A model generated the notes under the pieces. The model ran no database searches and was not told where the DNA came from. It saw only the letters and a list, made by a program, of their open reading frames with translations. A stretch of 64,000 nt of DNA, from NCBI GenBank assembly GCA_951406725.2, contig OX597835.1:10416001-10480000 (forward strand). The letters are read 5' to 3'. Each line of letters opens with the position of its first letter. The stretch's first letter is position 1. Origin of the DNA: Octopus vulgaris (taxonomy: Eukaryota). Below, piece after piece: positions 12,385-64,000 of this stretch. Both the position numbers and the translations under genes were made by a program.

Positions 12385-13254
12385 TTAAGAATGGCCTCCA
12401 AAAAGAGAAACCATGCCAAAGCAGACAGCAGAGGTTGGTGCAGTCTTCTGCCTGGCCAGTTCCTGTCCATCCAACCCATGCTGGTAGGGAAAGTGGATAT
12501 TAAATGATGAGAGACTCCTTCAGGTAAAACCATCAACTTTTAGGATTTTTACAAACTGCTTTGTCTTGGCTTAAAAAAACAGTGATTAAAAACATTTATA
12601 TATCAGACAATGCTGCATGCTATTTACTACTAATCAATGTATAAACACAAACTATTTTTAAAATGTATATACTATATTTAACCCAAAAAATCAAACCACA
12701 TCAACGGCAAGATGGATAAGAGTTCATAAAGAAATCTTAAAAGGAAATGTTATCAGAATAACACACGATGTAACCATGACATTTCAAGAGTTTAAATTCC
12801 AGAATCTGTTTACTAACAATATTCTGTTTCGTTTTTGCATTTGGTTTGCAAGATTCTTTATGTGAGTTCGTGTGTTGAAGCATATTCTGTTGTGTCTTGC
12901 AAAGGTTGCAAGACGCAACGAAAATTTTAGGGAAATAAAAATAAGAAATAAGTGGAAATTTTACCGGTGAGTGTGTTACATTATAAGGCACACAAAAAGG
13001 AAATGACTCACCCAAGACACAACAGAATATTCTGTTTGATATCTTTTCATTGCGTCAATGATAATAATAGCAGCCGTACAACTTAGCATCTGACATGAAG
13101 ATTTTTCAGTCTTTTGCAGGATTTGGTGGGCTGTTCTCCATATGTAAATTATATTCATTAATACAGAAACTAAAAATATATTTTGATAAAATAATATCGA
13201 ATAGGTATTTGAGATGTGTTAACAAAATTCTAATTTTTTTTCACCAAGTTCATT

Positions 13255-13475
13255 TTAAACCAGTGACTTCCTGAGCTAGCTTTTTGCCAGTGACTTCCTG
13301 AGCCTAGATCTGAACCAGTGACTTCCTAATCCTGGATTTGAATCAGTGACTTCCTGAGCCTAGATCTGAACCAGTGACTTCCTAATCCTGGATTTGAATC
13401 AGTGACTTCCTGAGCCTAGATCTGAACCAGTGACTTCCTAATCCTGGATTTGAACCAGTGACTTCCTGAACCTAT
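13255..13475. repeat. Second array of the same 28-bp minisatellite (~8 units)
   Basis: Same unit with a 56-bp dimer pattern. Confidence 0.9.
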
Positions 13476-13618
13476 AGAATTATAAGCAGTTCTGGCATTG
13501 ATCTATGTTGAATGTGATGCAGAAACAAAAAAACCATTATTATTGCTGTGGGATTGTCTCTGATGCATACAAACCCAGTTATTGTCATTTACTCTGATCA
13601 CCTGGATTAGCTCTCTTG

Positions 13619-14018
13619 ACTCTTTTACTTGTTTCAGTCATTTGACTGCGGCCATGCTGGAGCACCGCCTTTAGTCGAGCAAATCGACCCCGGGACTTAT
13701 TCTTTTGTAAGCCCAGCACTTATTCTATCGGTCTCTTTTGCCGAACCGCTAAGTGACAGGGACGTAAACACACCACCATCGGTTGTCAAGCAATGCTAGA
13801 TGGACAAACACACAAACATATACACACACACATACATACATAAACATATATACACAATGGGCTTCTTTAAGTTTCCGTCCACCAAATCCACTCACAAGGC
13901 TTTGGTCGGACCGAGGCTATAGCAGAAGACATTTGCTCAAGATGCCACGCAGTGGGACTGAACCCGGAACCATGTGGTTGGTTAGCAAGCTACTTACCAC
14001 ACAGCCACTCCTGCGCCT
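13619..14018 (-). mobile_element. SINE family A
   Basis: Full-length reverse copy between the two 3' ends. Confidence 0.9.
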
Positions 14019-14354
14019 ATCTATTTATCTATCAGTAATATACTCATCCAAAATATACACCTGTGTTCCTTGCCCGTCTGCAGTTTGTTGCCTGCCACGT
14101 TTTGTCTCTTCTACAGAACACAAATCAGTTTATTTTCACTGTAGCACCTCCAGACTTTTGTGTCAATGATAATGGTAGCAGTCATGCAATTTGGCATCAG
14201 ATATGAAGATTTTTAAGTCTGTTGCAGAGGATTTGGTAGGCTGTTTGTTCTCCATATGTAAAATGAAGAGAGCTGGTGATGCAAAGTTTGATTACAGGGG
14301 TATTGAACACAATACTAACAAACTACTAACCCTGTAAAATCACAGTTGCTCACT

Positions 14355-14414
14355 TTTATTGAGCTCCCTATCATAAAATTGAAAATCAAATTAATTTTGT
14401 TAAAAATATTTTAT
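14355..14414 (-). terminator. Candidate RPB2 polyadenylation signals (AATAAA on - strand)
   Basis: tttatt on + at ~14355-14360 and ~14410, 120-180 nt downstream of the stop codon. Confidence 0.45.
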
Positions 14415-14532
14415 TTGTTAAAAAATAAAAAAAAAAACATACAATTCACAATTATTCTTTTGTTTTTTTTCCAACATTTTGGAAAAATTAGTTGTAAGTT
14501 GGAGGTGGAACTGGTGCCATTTTTGACTTTAT

Positions 14533-54309
<39,777 letters not shown>

Positions 54310-55473
54310 AATTATAATTGAAAATTAGTTGGATTTCTAATGATGTCAATGGAATAAAAACCCGATGAGATCGAAGAGGTTTTTATAGAAGATGGTGGCG
54401 GATTAGATGAAAGATAACAGGAGAATCCGACAAAAGCGACATAAGACATTGGGTAGCCATTTTTGTTGTGGTAACATGATATAGAGGTGGTAGGAGGATG
54501 GGGAGGAGCGGTAACGGTGGGAGCAGTGAGATAGTCAGGGTAGGAGTACAGATATAGTAATAGAGGAACGTGAGGGGTGAGTGTGAGGTGAAAGTGAAAG
54601 AGTAATAAGAAGATGGGAGGGTGAAAGAGGGGGAGTAATTATATAAAAATAGAATGGCGATGATGAGAATTTTTGATAGAGTAATAGTCTGCAGGTGGAA
54701 GTCGTAGTATAGTAAGTAACAGGGTGTTAGTGGTAGGAATAGAAGCGATGTAGTGATAGATCGGTTGGTGTTTGTTGTCGGACGTAGTAGTAGAAAAATA
54801 AACGGAAGCGAACTCTTTAGTGTGAGGAGAAAGTGCGGGAATGAGAGAGAAGGTGTGTCAATAGAGAAAGTAGAATCTGATAGAGAGAGAAAGTGAAAGA
54901 TGTCATCACAGATCGCTTAGTGTATCTCTCTCTTTTTATCAAAACTATATACACACCGTCTCTACAGCTAGTCAACATCCTTTGCTTGCCGACTGACAGT
55001 TGAGGCCGTTGTTGTTATTGTTTATATATATATATATATATATACAGAGATAGAGTGTGAATTACTATTATTGTGATTACAACTATCATGGAAGTTTACC
55101 AGAGCGATAATCATTTTATAATCGTGGATGGAAATCATTTCCTTTGGTGTAGCCGTGTAGATGGATCTTTAAAAGCCGAAACAGGTGTGTACCCTCCGCC
55201 TCATGTTATTGTTGCGTTTTGTTTCATTTACCTGGGTTACGTACGGAATTTTTTCGTAAATGTTTCTCGTGTATATCAATTATTAAATAAGTAAAAAGAC
55301 GGGATCTTATGATATAGGATATAGTTCGACAGAAACTGTAACAGTATTATTATATATGCCTGAAACCGAAACCGGCATCGCTGGATATGAAGGGCAAGAA
55401 AAAAAAAACGTGTTACACTCTTAGAAACGCATAATTATACATACATACATACATTCATACATACATACATACA

Positions 55474-55527
<54 letters not shown>

Positions 55528-56115
55528 CATACATACACATACATTCATTGCTACACATGCATACATTCATACATACATACATACATAGCAACTACACAAA
55601 CACACAAACATGTATACATACGCAAAGGTGCCCCTCCCCGACTTTGTTTCCTCATAACTTTCAGAAGGTACGCATACCTATAAACATCGTGCGTGGCGTG
55701 TATATGCAGACGTATATGTGTGGGAATGTCTGTCAACACTTCCTTCTGTCCGTCTCTCTCCAATATAAACAGCTGAATATAACAGTTATTAGAGTGTAAA
55801 CAAACTATTTTGAGTGTATATATATACACTCGTATTACCTGTAACGTTACACTTTAAATAAACGTGTGTATGTATTCACATGTACAGCTGTTTTTCACTC
55901 TACGTCTTTCCATCTCTGTATTTAAAGAAGATGCGTGCGTAAACAACCAAATTTAAATATATGAACATTTTAAATATATGAAACCAATATGTAATATCAG
56001 CCCACAGCATTAAAATTATATGCTGACACTCAACTTCACTAAATTGTTGATGTAGAATTAAAATGAAAGTATAAAGAAACTATACAGGCCCATTCTCTTT
56101 AAAATACCGTGTGTG

Positions 56116-56175
<60 letters not shown>

Positions 56176-57272
56176 TATTATATTATAATAATTTTCCCTG
56201 GCTTTGTTTTTGTGGATTTAATATATTTTTCATTTGCAGCACGTATAGAATAAGGGTGTCGAATGTTGCAAGTTTCATTCTAATATGTCTATCTGTCTAT
56301 CCATCCATCCATCTCCCCAATTTTGGGGCTTTATTTAGGTACTAAGAAAGGACAGACTTCTGTGGTTGATGTTTAAGTCACCAGACGTAGCACGTGTGAT
56401 AATGTTTGTTCTCTGAATTAAAAGATATGCCTTTATTCATTTCTCTATACTGTAAGGGAGGGCATAAGGTGGAGTAAAAACACCCCTGTTCTTCAGTTTT
56501 CGGTCTACATCAGAATCTGAAGACTTCTAAACAAATCCAGATGTAAGGTGTGGTTCAACACTTTTCGATCTTGAGTAAATCAGCCAGAGTTTGGGGGCAA
56601 GGTCTTGGTATCTTTTGAAATATATGTACCAGTAAGTAACGTGCTGCGGAATGGAAAGAAATGGATGACCTTCACTACTCTGGCCACACTTATTTTATTT
56701 TTTATGTTTATGAAAGACCCGTGTACTTAACATAGACGGAGAAATCAATAGGGGAAAAAAAAAAAAAAACGCGTATACTTAAATGACACCGGGAGATATC
56801 GAACACTTGCTTACATATATACACGTACATACAACTTCATACATTCACAAAGATATCTATGTAGATATATATGCAGATATACAGATATACACACACACAC
56901 GCCTGATATCTTCCGATGTTTAAAAATATTTTGGTGAATGGAGACAAGCATTGCAGAAATCAGCTGCTAAGACCAACCAGTGACACTCTCTCATAGACTC
57001 ACACACACACGTACATATGTGTGTGTGTACATGTATGTATAAATGTGTGTCTGTTTGTTATTTTTGCTAGGAGATAGCAACAGCCTTTATTATTCCGTAT
57101 AGCCCCGAATGCAACATGGATATACAAGAATGTTCTCTCACTGCCGTTCCATTCAAGTATTGCCGTTTCATTCACACATTTTAATCTAGCGTACAGTAGA
57201 GCGCTATTTGACACACACACACACACAGATACACACCCTTTTCCTGTGTCATTCCGTTACACTCTTTGTCTT

Positions 57273-57318
<46 letters not shown>

Positions 57319-57453
57319 ATTAGGGCTTAGTAAAATAAATTACTTTGCCACATACTGAACTTTCTAGAAATAGCAGCCAAAAAAGTTTTTTAGCCATTTC
57401 CACTACTTAAAGAAAATTTCTCTCAGATAATGTTTACTCAAAATAACTCATAT

Positions 57454-57484
<31 letters not shown>

Positions 57485-57579
57485 CACACATACTCGATGT
57501 TTTGGTATACTATCTTTCACACTCGGATACGCTGATGCAATTACGTAGTGACATGCTGACACAACTTTCTTTCATTCAC

Positions 57580-57724
57580 ACACACACACACATACACACT
57601 GGTGTAAGGACACAGACGTAGGACGTACGCAATCCACACACACACACACACACACGTTCACGATCACGACTCTCTTCACTCTGATTTGAAACGTGAATTA
57701 TTTTCACGTGTTCTGCGACACACC

Positions 57725-57778
<54 letters not shown>

Positions 57779-57952
57779 CACACTCTCTCTCTCTTTCTCT
57801 CTTACACACGCACCTACAAATTCTTGATTGTTTACACATGTATATACCAACACATGAATGTACGACGACACACGTGCACCAAGCAATGACACATGTTATG
57901 TAAGGACACATGTTGACAGGTATTTATGTACACGCATACATATACCAATATA

Positions 57953-57984
<32 letters not shown>

Positions 57985-57989
57985 CATAC

Positions 57990-58037
<48 letters not shown>

Positions 58038-58120
58038 GTACGTTCATGCATGCACACACATGCATGCATGCATGCGTATATACATGCATGCATGCGTATA
58101 TACATGCATGCATACGTACA
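57580..58120. repeat. Compound (CA)n/(TA)n/(CATG)n microsatellite cluster
   Basis: Directly visible. Confidence 0.9.
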
Positions 58121-58816
58121 TGTGTGGTTAAGAAACCTGCTTTCCACCCATGTGATCTTGGGTTCAATCTCACAGTGTGGAACTTTGGGCAAGTGCTTTC
58201 TACTATAGCCATGGGCTGACCAATTTATAATGAGTGAATTTGCTAGATGGAAACTGAGAGAAGCCCGTTGTATATACATGTATGTATATATGCGTGTGTA
58301 TTAGATAATAAAACGAATAGTTTATACCTGGTAGTTTATACCACGGGGCATGTATGAGAAAAGATGGAAGGAAGTGGAAAGAAAGGTGGGTGTTAGAAAC
58401 CCAGCTTAACTATGGAGGGAGGAGAGGAAATAAAAGCTGCGGGGCTTGTAAATTGCCGGGGTTTGAACTGTGATAAAGATGCTACTGGTTATATAAAGGA
58501 CAATTTGAAAAAAACGAATTTTTAATACAAATGTTATAAAAAAAAAAAAAAAAATTTTTAAATAGCGAACCTCTTAATTATTTGTTTTGCATGTTTGTTA
58601 TGTATTTGTAATTCTATGTATAAGATTATATAATCTTAATAAAGAAATCACCTGGTAGCTTACTGAGGTCTGGTGAACCAGATGGCTGCACTGTAAAGCG
58701 CGGTCACTTACACAGATGGCTTCATGGTAAAGCACCGTCAGTTTCACAGTGTTTGAAACAATTGTAGTGATTAATAAAAATTGTGTCTTCCATCTTCTGT
58801 CTTCCATTTACCGTAT

Positions 58817-58851
<35 letters not shown>

Positions 58852-59084
58852 GAAGAAATGAGGTACTCAGAAATCTGGATGGTTTTATATTTACAGATAT
58901 TCATTAGTATGTTGCATGTTTTTATAAATCATATATCATATATATTACCGCTTTTGTCCACGCTAGAGTGTACGAAAGCGTTAATATATGGTATATGATT
59001 TATAAAACTATGTAACATACTAATAAATATCTGTAAATATAAAACCATCCAGATTTCTGGGTGACAAAGTGATTTCTGCTGGTG

Positions 59085-60030
59085 ACAAAGGGCCTCTCGC
59101 TCAGAGTAAAATGTAGACTGTATGATGCATGTGTATGAACAACCATGCTACATGGCAGTGAAACATGGGCTGTGACTGCTGAGGACATGCGTAAGCTCGC
59201 AAGGAATGAAGCCAGTATGCTCCGATGGATGTGTAATGTCAGTGTGCATACTCAAAAGAGTGTAAGTACCTTGAGAGAAAAGTTGGACCTAAGAAGCATC
59301 AGATGTGGTGTGCAAGAGAGACTACTGCGCTGGTATGGCCATGTGGCAAGAATGGATGTGGATAGCTGTGTGAAAAAGTGCCACACCCTAGTGGAGGAGG
59401 TAGAGCAAGGAAAACCTGGGATGAGGTGGTGAAGCATGACCTTTGAAGATTGGGCCTCACCGAGGCAATGACTAATGACCAGGACCTTTGGAAATATGCG
59501 GTGCTTGATAAGACTCAGCAAGCTCAAGTGAGACTGTAACCTTGTGGCCTATGCCTGGGGTGTAACCAGCCCACTTATGCGTACCTTTCCTTCATTGGAC
59601 ACTAAAGGCAAGTGAAATCGAAATCAAATTCAGTGACTGGCATCTGTGCTAGTGGAGTGCTAAGAGTACCATATGAGTGTGATCGTTGCCAGAGCAACAA
59701 GGTGGTCTCCGTGCCGGTGGTATGTAAAAAATACCATTCGTGTGTGATCGTTACCTGCATTGCCTTACTGGCAATTGTGCTGGTGGCACGTGAAAAAACA
59801 TTCGAGCAAGGTCGTTGCCAGTGCTGCTGGACTGGCTCCTGTGCAGGTGGCACATAAAAGGCACCATTTGAGCGTGGCCGTTGCCAGAACCACCTGACCG
59901 GCCCTTGTGCTGGTGGCATGTAAAATTTTCTACTACACTCTCGGAGTGGTTGGCGTTAGGAAGGGCATCCAGCTGTAGAAACTTTACCAGATCTGATTGG
60001 AGTCTGGTGCAGCCATCTGGTTCGCCAGAC
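59085..60030 (+). mobile_element. 5'-truncated RTE-clade LINE (ORF C-terminus plus 3' UTR)
   Basis: MLHGSETWAVT...EASMLRWMCNV...LRWYGHVARM, followed by family D 3' UTR repeats. Confidence 0.88.
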
Positions 60031-60825
60031 CTCCTTTTTTTTTGTCTCTCTCTCTTTTACTTTTGTGAAGGCTTGGTATGTAGTAGCAGAACTGAAGAAA
60101 TAGTTAATAGGGGTGCACATTATGTATATACATATATATATATATATATATAAAATGTGCACTGCTGCAATTTACTCTCTCTCTCTCTCTCTCTTTCACT
60201 CATGCGAATATAATGGTGTCCTCATTCAGCTTCCTGTAGAAGTGGAATGTGTCTGTCTTTAAGTCAAGTGTTAAGGAAGTTGGCTATCATAAAGTTAGTG
60301 CTAATGTTTATGTTTAAGCCAAACTTCTTAAATATTCTTTTCTACTTTAGGCACAAGGCCCGATATTTTTGAAGGAGGGGGGGCCAGTCGATTAGATTGA
60401 CCCCAGTACACTACTGGTATTTAATTTATCGACTCTGAAAGGGTGAAAGGCAAAGTTGACCTTGGCGGAAAGCTTCTTGAATATTCCTGTTAAAATATGT
60501 GGCCCTTTATAGAGTATGACATAGAGAATCGTCCTTCATCGCTGTACAGTCCAGAGGTATGGCAGGGGGTGGAGGACATACTTTTAGAAAGGGTCAATGA
60601 TAAAGCAATCCCACATGATCCATCAACTCAGCTCTGTCCTCATATGGAGACTGAACAAAAGGTCACCTCCCACCCTTTTTTTTTTGACCCAGTAGGAATC
60701 ATCATGGTATATCTGGGAATTCATTTTGATTCTGGGATCTAGATGAGTGTTTGAGAAAGGATAACAATATCAACTGTGACCCTGTAATGATGGAATCAAT
60801 TGTGTGTCCCCATTTATTTTAATTG

Positions 60826-60867
<42 letters not shown>

Positions 60868-61023
60868 TACTGCTCTTTCTAGCACAAGGCTTTCCTATTT
60901 GGAAGCCTCTTAATGCGTTGTTATGTACATGATATTTTTATGTGAATAATATATAGTCTATTGACTATTTTTTGTGCTAGGCCACTGGTAGTAATAATTT
61001 CTATAATTCTTATTATCCTAATA

Positions 61024-61416
61024 TCTTTATATATAAAAGAGAAGTTGTGTGTCTGTCTCCCACGATTTAGATTCCTAACTACTCCCACATTTTGCGGTGC
61101 AGTTTAACCAAAAGCGGGTATCTTATAGTCGTGATTCATATCAAGCCCTTCTGGGTATTAGCGTGCGTCTACGATGAGTCTACGATTTTAAAAATAATTT
61201 ACCATCATTTTATTCCATTTTAATGCATATTTTTTTTAATATAAGGGAAGTAACTCTCTAAAAATGTCTACGATGAGTCAACGATTTAAAAAAAATTTAC
61301 CATAATTTTTTTTTCCATTTTTAATGCATTTTTTGCTATTTTTTGGCTATAACTCTCTAAAAATGCTTTATAGTTATTTCCCTTACAAACCTGAGCAACG
61401 CCGGGCGATACTGCTA

Positions 61417-61417
<1 letters not shown>
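61024..61417 (+). mobile_element. Non-autonomous Helitron
   Basis: Same family; A|TC...CTAG|T followed by (AT)n. Confidence 0.85.
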
Positions 61418-61485
<68 letters not shown>

Positions 61486-62917
61486 CGGACAAGTTCGCAT
61501 AAAGCTCGTGCATGCCATGTGACTGTGGTTTTTAATTATTAAAACAGAAGCACAGTGTTAGTTATGTATTGACTAGGAGTTCAATATATGACAGTTCCAA
61601 ACCTTGAAACAACCTGCAACATTTCTTGCTTGGAGATTATCAGCGTTGTTCAATTGGCTCAGATGGAGGATGTTCTTTCTGCACAAATTTCCAACTGTCT
61701 ACAGATCACAATCTGTAAGAATCAATTTTAGAATATTTTCAGTCAGAGCCACAGAGAAATTCCCCTTGGCAGCAACAGGCTTGGACTGAATTGTCTCCTT
61801 TTACATCACAGTTCCACTAGAACAGAAGCTATATATAGGTCAACAAGAAATCCTATCATGTGACCAGCTTTAACCAATGAGAACCGACCTTACAAATATC
61901 TCACAGATACAATATTTGTTATTTTACATAATTATTCAGAATATATTGGTTTCAAATTTTGGCACAAGGCCAGCAACTCTGGGGTGGGGGTTTGGGGTTA
62001 AATCAATTATATCAACCCCAGTGTTCAACTTGTACTTATTTTATCGACCCCAAAGGGATGAAAGGCAAAGTTGATGTCAGCGGAATTTGAACTCAGAACG
62101 TCAAGACGGTCAAAATGCTGCCAAGCATTTTGCCCAGCATGCTAACGATTCTGCCAGCTCATTGCCCTAATTATTGAGAATATTCTGTTCTGCTATAGGC
62201 ACAAGGCCTGAAATTTGTGGGGAGGGGCTAAGACAATTACATCGACCCCCAGTACTCAACTGGTATTTATTTTATTGGCCCTGAAAGGATGAAAAGCAAA
62301 GCTGACCTCGGTGGAATTCGAACTCATAATGTAAAAATGGACAAAATTCCTCTAAGCATTTTACCTGGCATGCTAACGAGTCTGCCAGCACATTGCCTTA
62401 ATTATTCAGAATGTTGTCAGATAGATCAGAGGTATGTGTCATGTGTGGAATTCTGAGTAATGATGTTGTGATTCACCGTTTTCTAATAAATTGGAATTCC
62501 ACATCATGTATTGGTAATTCTTTTGTTTTGTAGACACCAGGATGTGGTGTGTATCATCACCATCATCATCATCATAATCAAATAATATCTATCATCATCA
62601 TCATCATCATCAAATAATATCTATCATCATCATTATCATCATCATCATCAAATAATATCATTTTTTTTCTGTGGTGGGTCAGACAGAATCTTTTGAGGTT
62701 AATTTTTTTACTGTTGGATGCCTTCCCTGTCACCAACCCTCACCTGTTTCCAAGCAAGGCGATGTTTCTGCATGGCCAGACATGTTTTCATGGTAGACTG
62801 GACATGAACAACACTGCTTGTATGATGGTGATGCTCATTTACAGCAATCACATAAGATCAAAGCAAGGGGCCATTCATTTGTATATGTACATGCACATTC
62901 TTTTATTCTTTTTTTTC

Positions 62918-63300
62918 TTTTACTTGTTTCAGTCATTTGATTGTGGCCATGCTGGAACACCGCCTTTAGTCAAACTAATCGACACCAGGACTTATTCTTT
63001 GTAAGCCTTGTACTTATTCTATTGGTTTCTTTTGCCAAACTGCTAAGTTATGGGGATGTAAGCACACCAACTTCGATTGTCAAGTGATGGTGGGGGGACA
63101 AACACAGATACACAAACATATACATACACACACACACACACACATATATATATACAATGGGCTTCTTTCAGTTTCCGTATACCAAATCCACTCACAAGGC
63201 TTTGGTCAGCCTGAAGCGATAGTAGAAGACACTTGCCCAAGGTTCTATGTGGTGGGACTGAACCTAAGACCACATGGATAAGAAGTATGCTTCTAAACAC
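62918..63300 (-). mobile_element. SINE family A (diverged)
   Basis: Reverse copy. Confidence 0.83.
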
Positions 63301-64000
63301 ATAACCATTTATATTCAATTCAGTTCAATTCAATTCAATTTTTATTGGCTCGAAAAGCAAAAGCAAGGCCATGTAGGGGGACAGGGAGTTATGTACAGGG
63401 AAAGTGGTCATACAAAAATATATAAAGTGTGCCGGTGGCACGTAAAAAGCACCATCTGATCGTAGCCATTTGCCAGCCTCGTCTGGCACCTGTGCCAGTG
63501 GCACATAAAAAGCACCCACTATACTCACGGAGTGGTTGGCGTTAGGAAGGGCATCCAGCCATAGAAACATTGCCAGATCTGACTGGTGCAGCCTTCTGGC
63601 TTCCCAGACCCCAGTTGCACCGTCCAACCCATGCCAGCATGGAAAGCGGACGCTAAACGAAGATGATGATGATGATGATGATGATAATTGTTGGTGGTGA
63701 CCATTTCTCATGTCTGAGGATTTCAGTTTTCTCCTGATTTAGTGGTTCTATCTTGGTGATGGCATTGATGACTGAAAATGCCAATTCTTGCTTAAAATGA
63801 GAAGGAACAACAATGCCAAGGAAGGGTTGTTGTTGTTGTTCTTGCTATATCTTGGGTTCTTTAGTATTTCCTTCAACTTTTTTTATTGACTTTGGAAAAA
63901 GATCAATTCCAGTGGTAATGGAATTCCACCTGTTGGAATGGTCCTTTCTCAGCTTCACTTTCCTAGTTTTACTTTGATGGATGTTCTTTGTAACAGCAGA

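Noticed and set aside
54310-54900. RPB2 promoter with YY1-like motifs (AAGATGGTGGCGG, GCCATTTT) and a purine-skewed tract
   Set aside because: Position is plausible, but the motifs are short and the start site cannot be fixed from sequence alone

Overview
AT-rich, repeat-dense animal genomic DNA. The SINE, MITE and microsatellite landscape suggests an Octopus species (inference). Two convergent genes were assembled by hand. (1) On the - strand is a complete 24-exon RNA polymerase II second-largest subunit gene (POLR2B/RPB2), CDS 54309->14533, 3528 nt, 1175 aa, all introns GT-AG and phase-consistent. (2) On the + strand are six exons (3149-11688) of an eight-cysteine (TspanC8-like) tetraspanin, including a 45-nt micro-exon; its first coding exon was not found. 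The introns hold tRNA-derived SINEs, RTE-LINE 3' ends, piggyBac-type MITEs, non-autonomous Helitrons, a Tc1 fragment, minisatellites and long palindromes. The most striking observation is a set of minimal type-I hammerhead-ribozyme folds in the sense strand of the RPB2 pre-mRNA: one in intron 14, one in intron 8, and a duplicate of the latter in intron 9. Two copies therefore flank exon 9, and the same duplication creates a candidate 68-nt frameshifting poison exon. Further hammerhead-like variants lie inside palindromic, probably Penelope-like, elements. Most ORFs in the supplied track are repeat artefacts. All alignments and folds were done by eye, and repeat boundaries are approximate.
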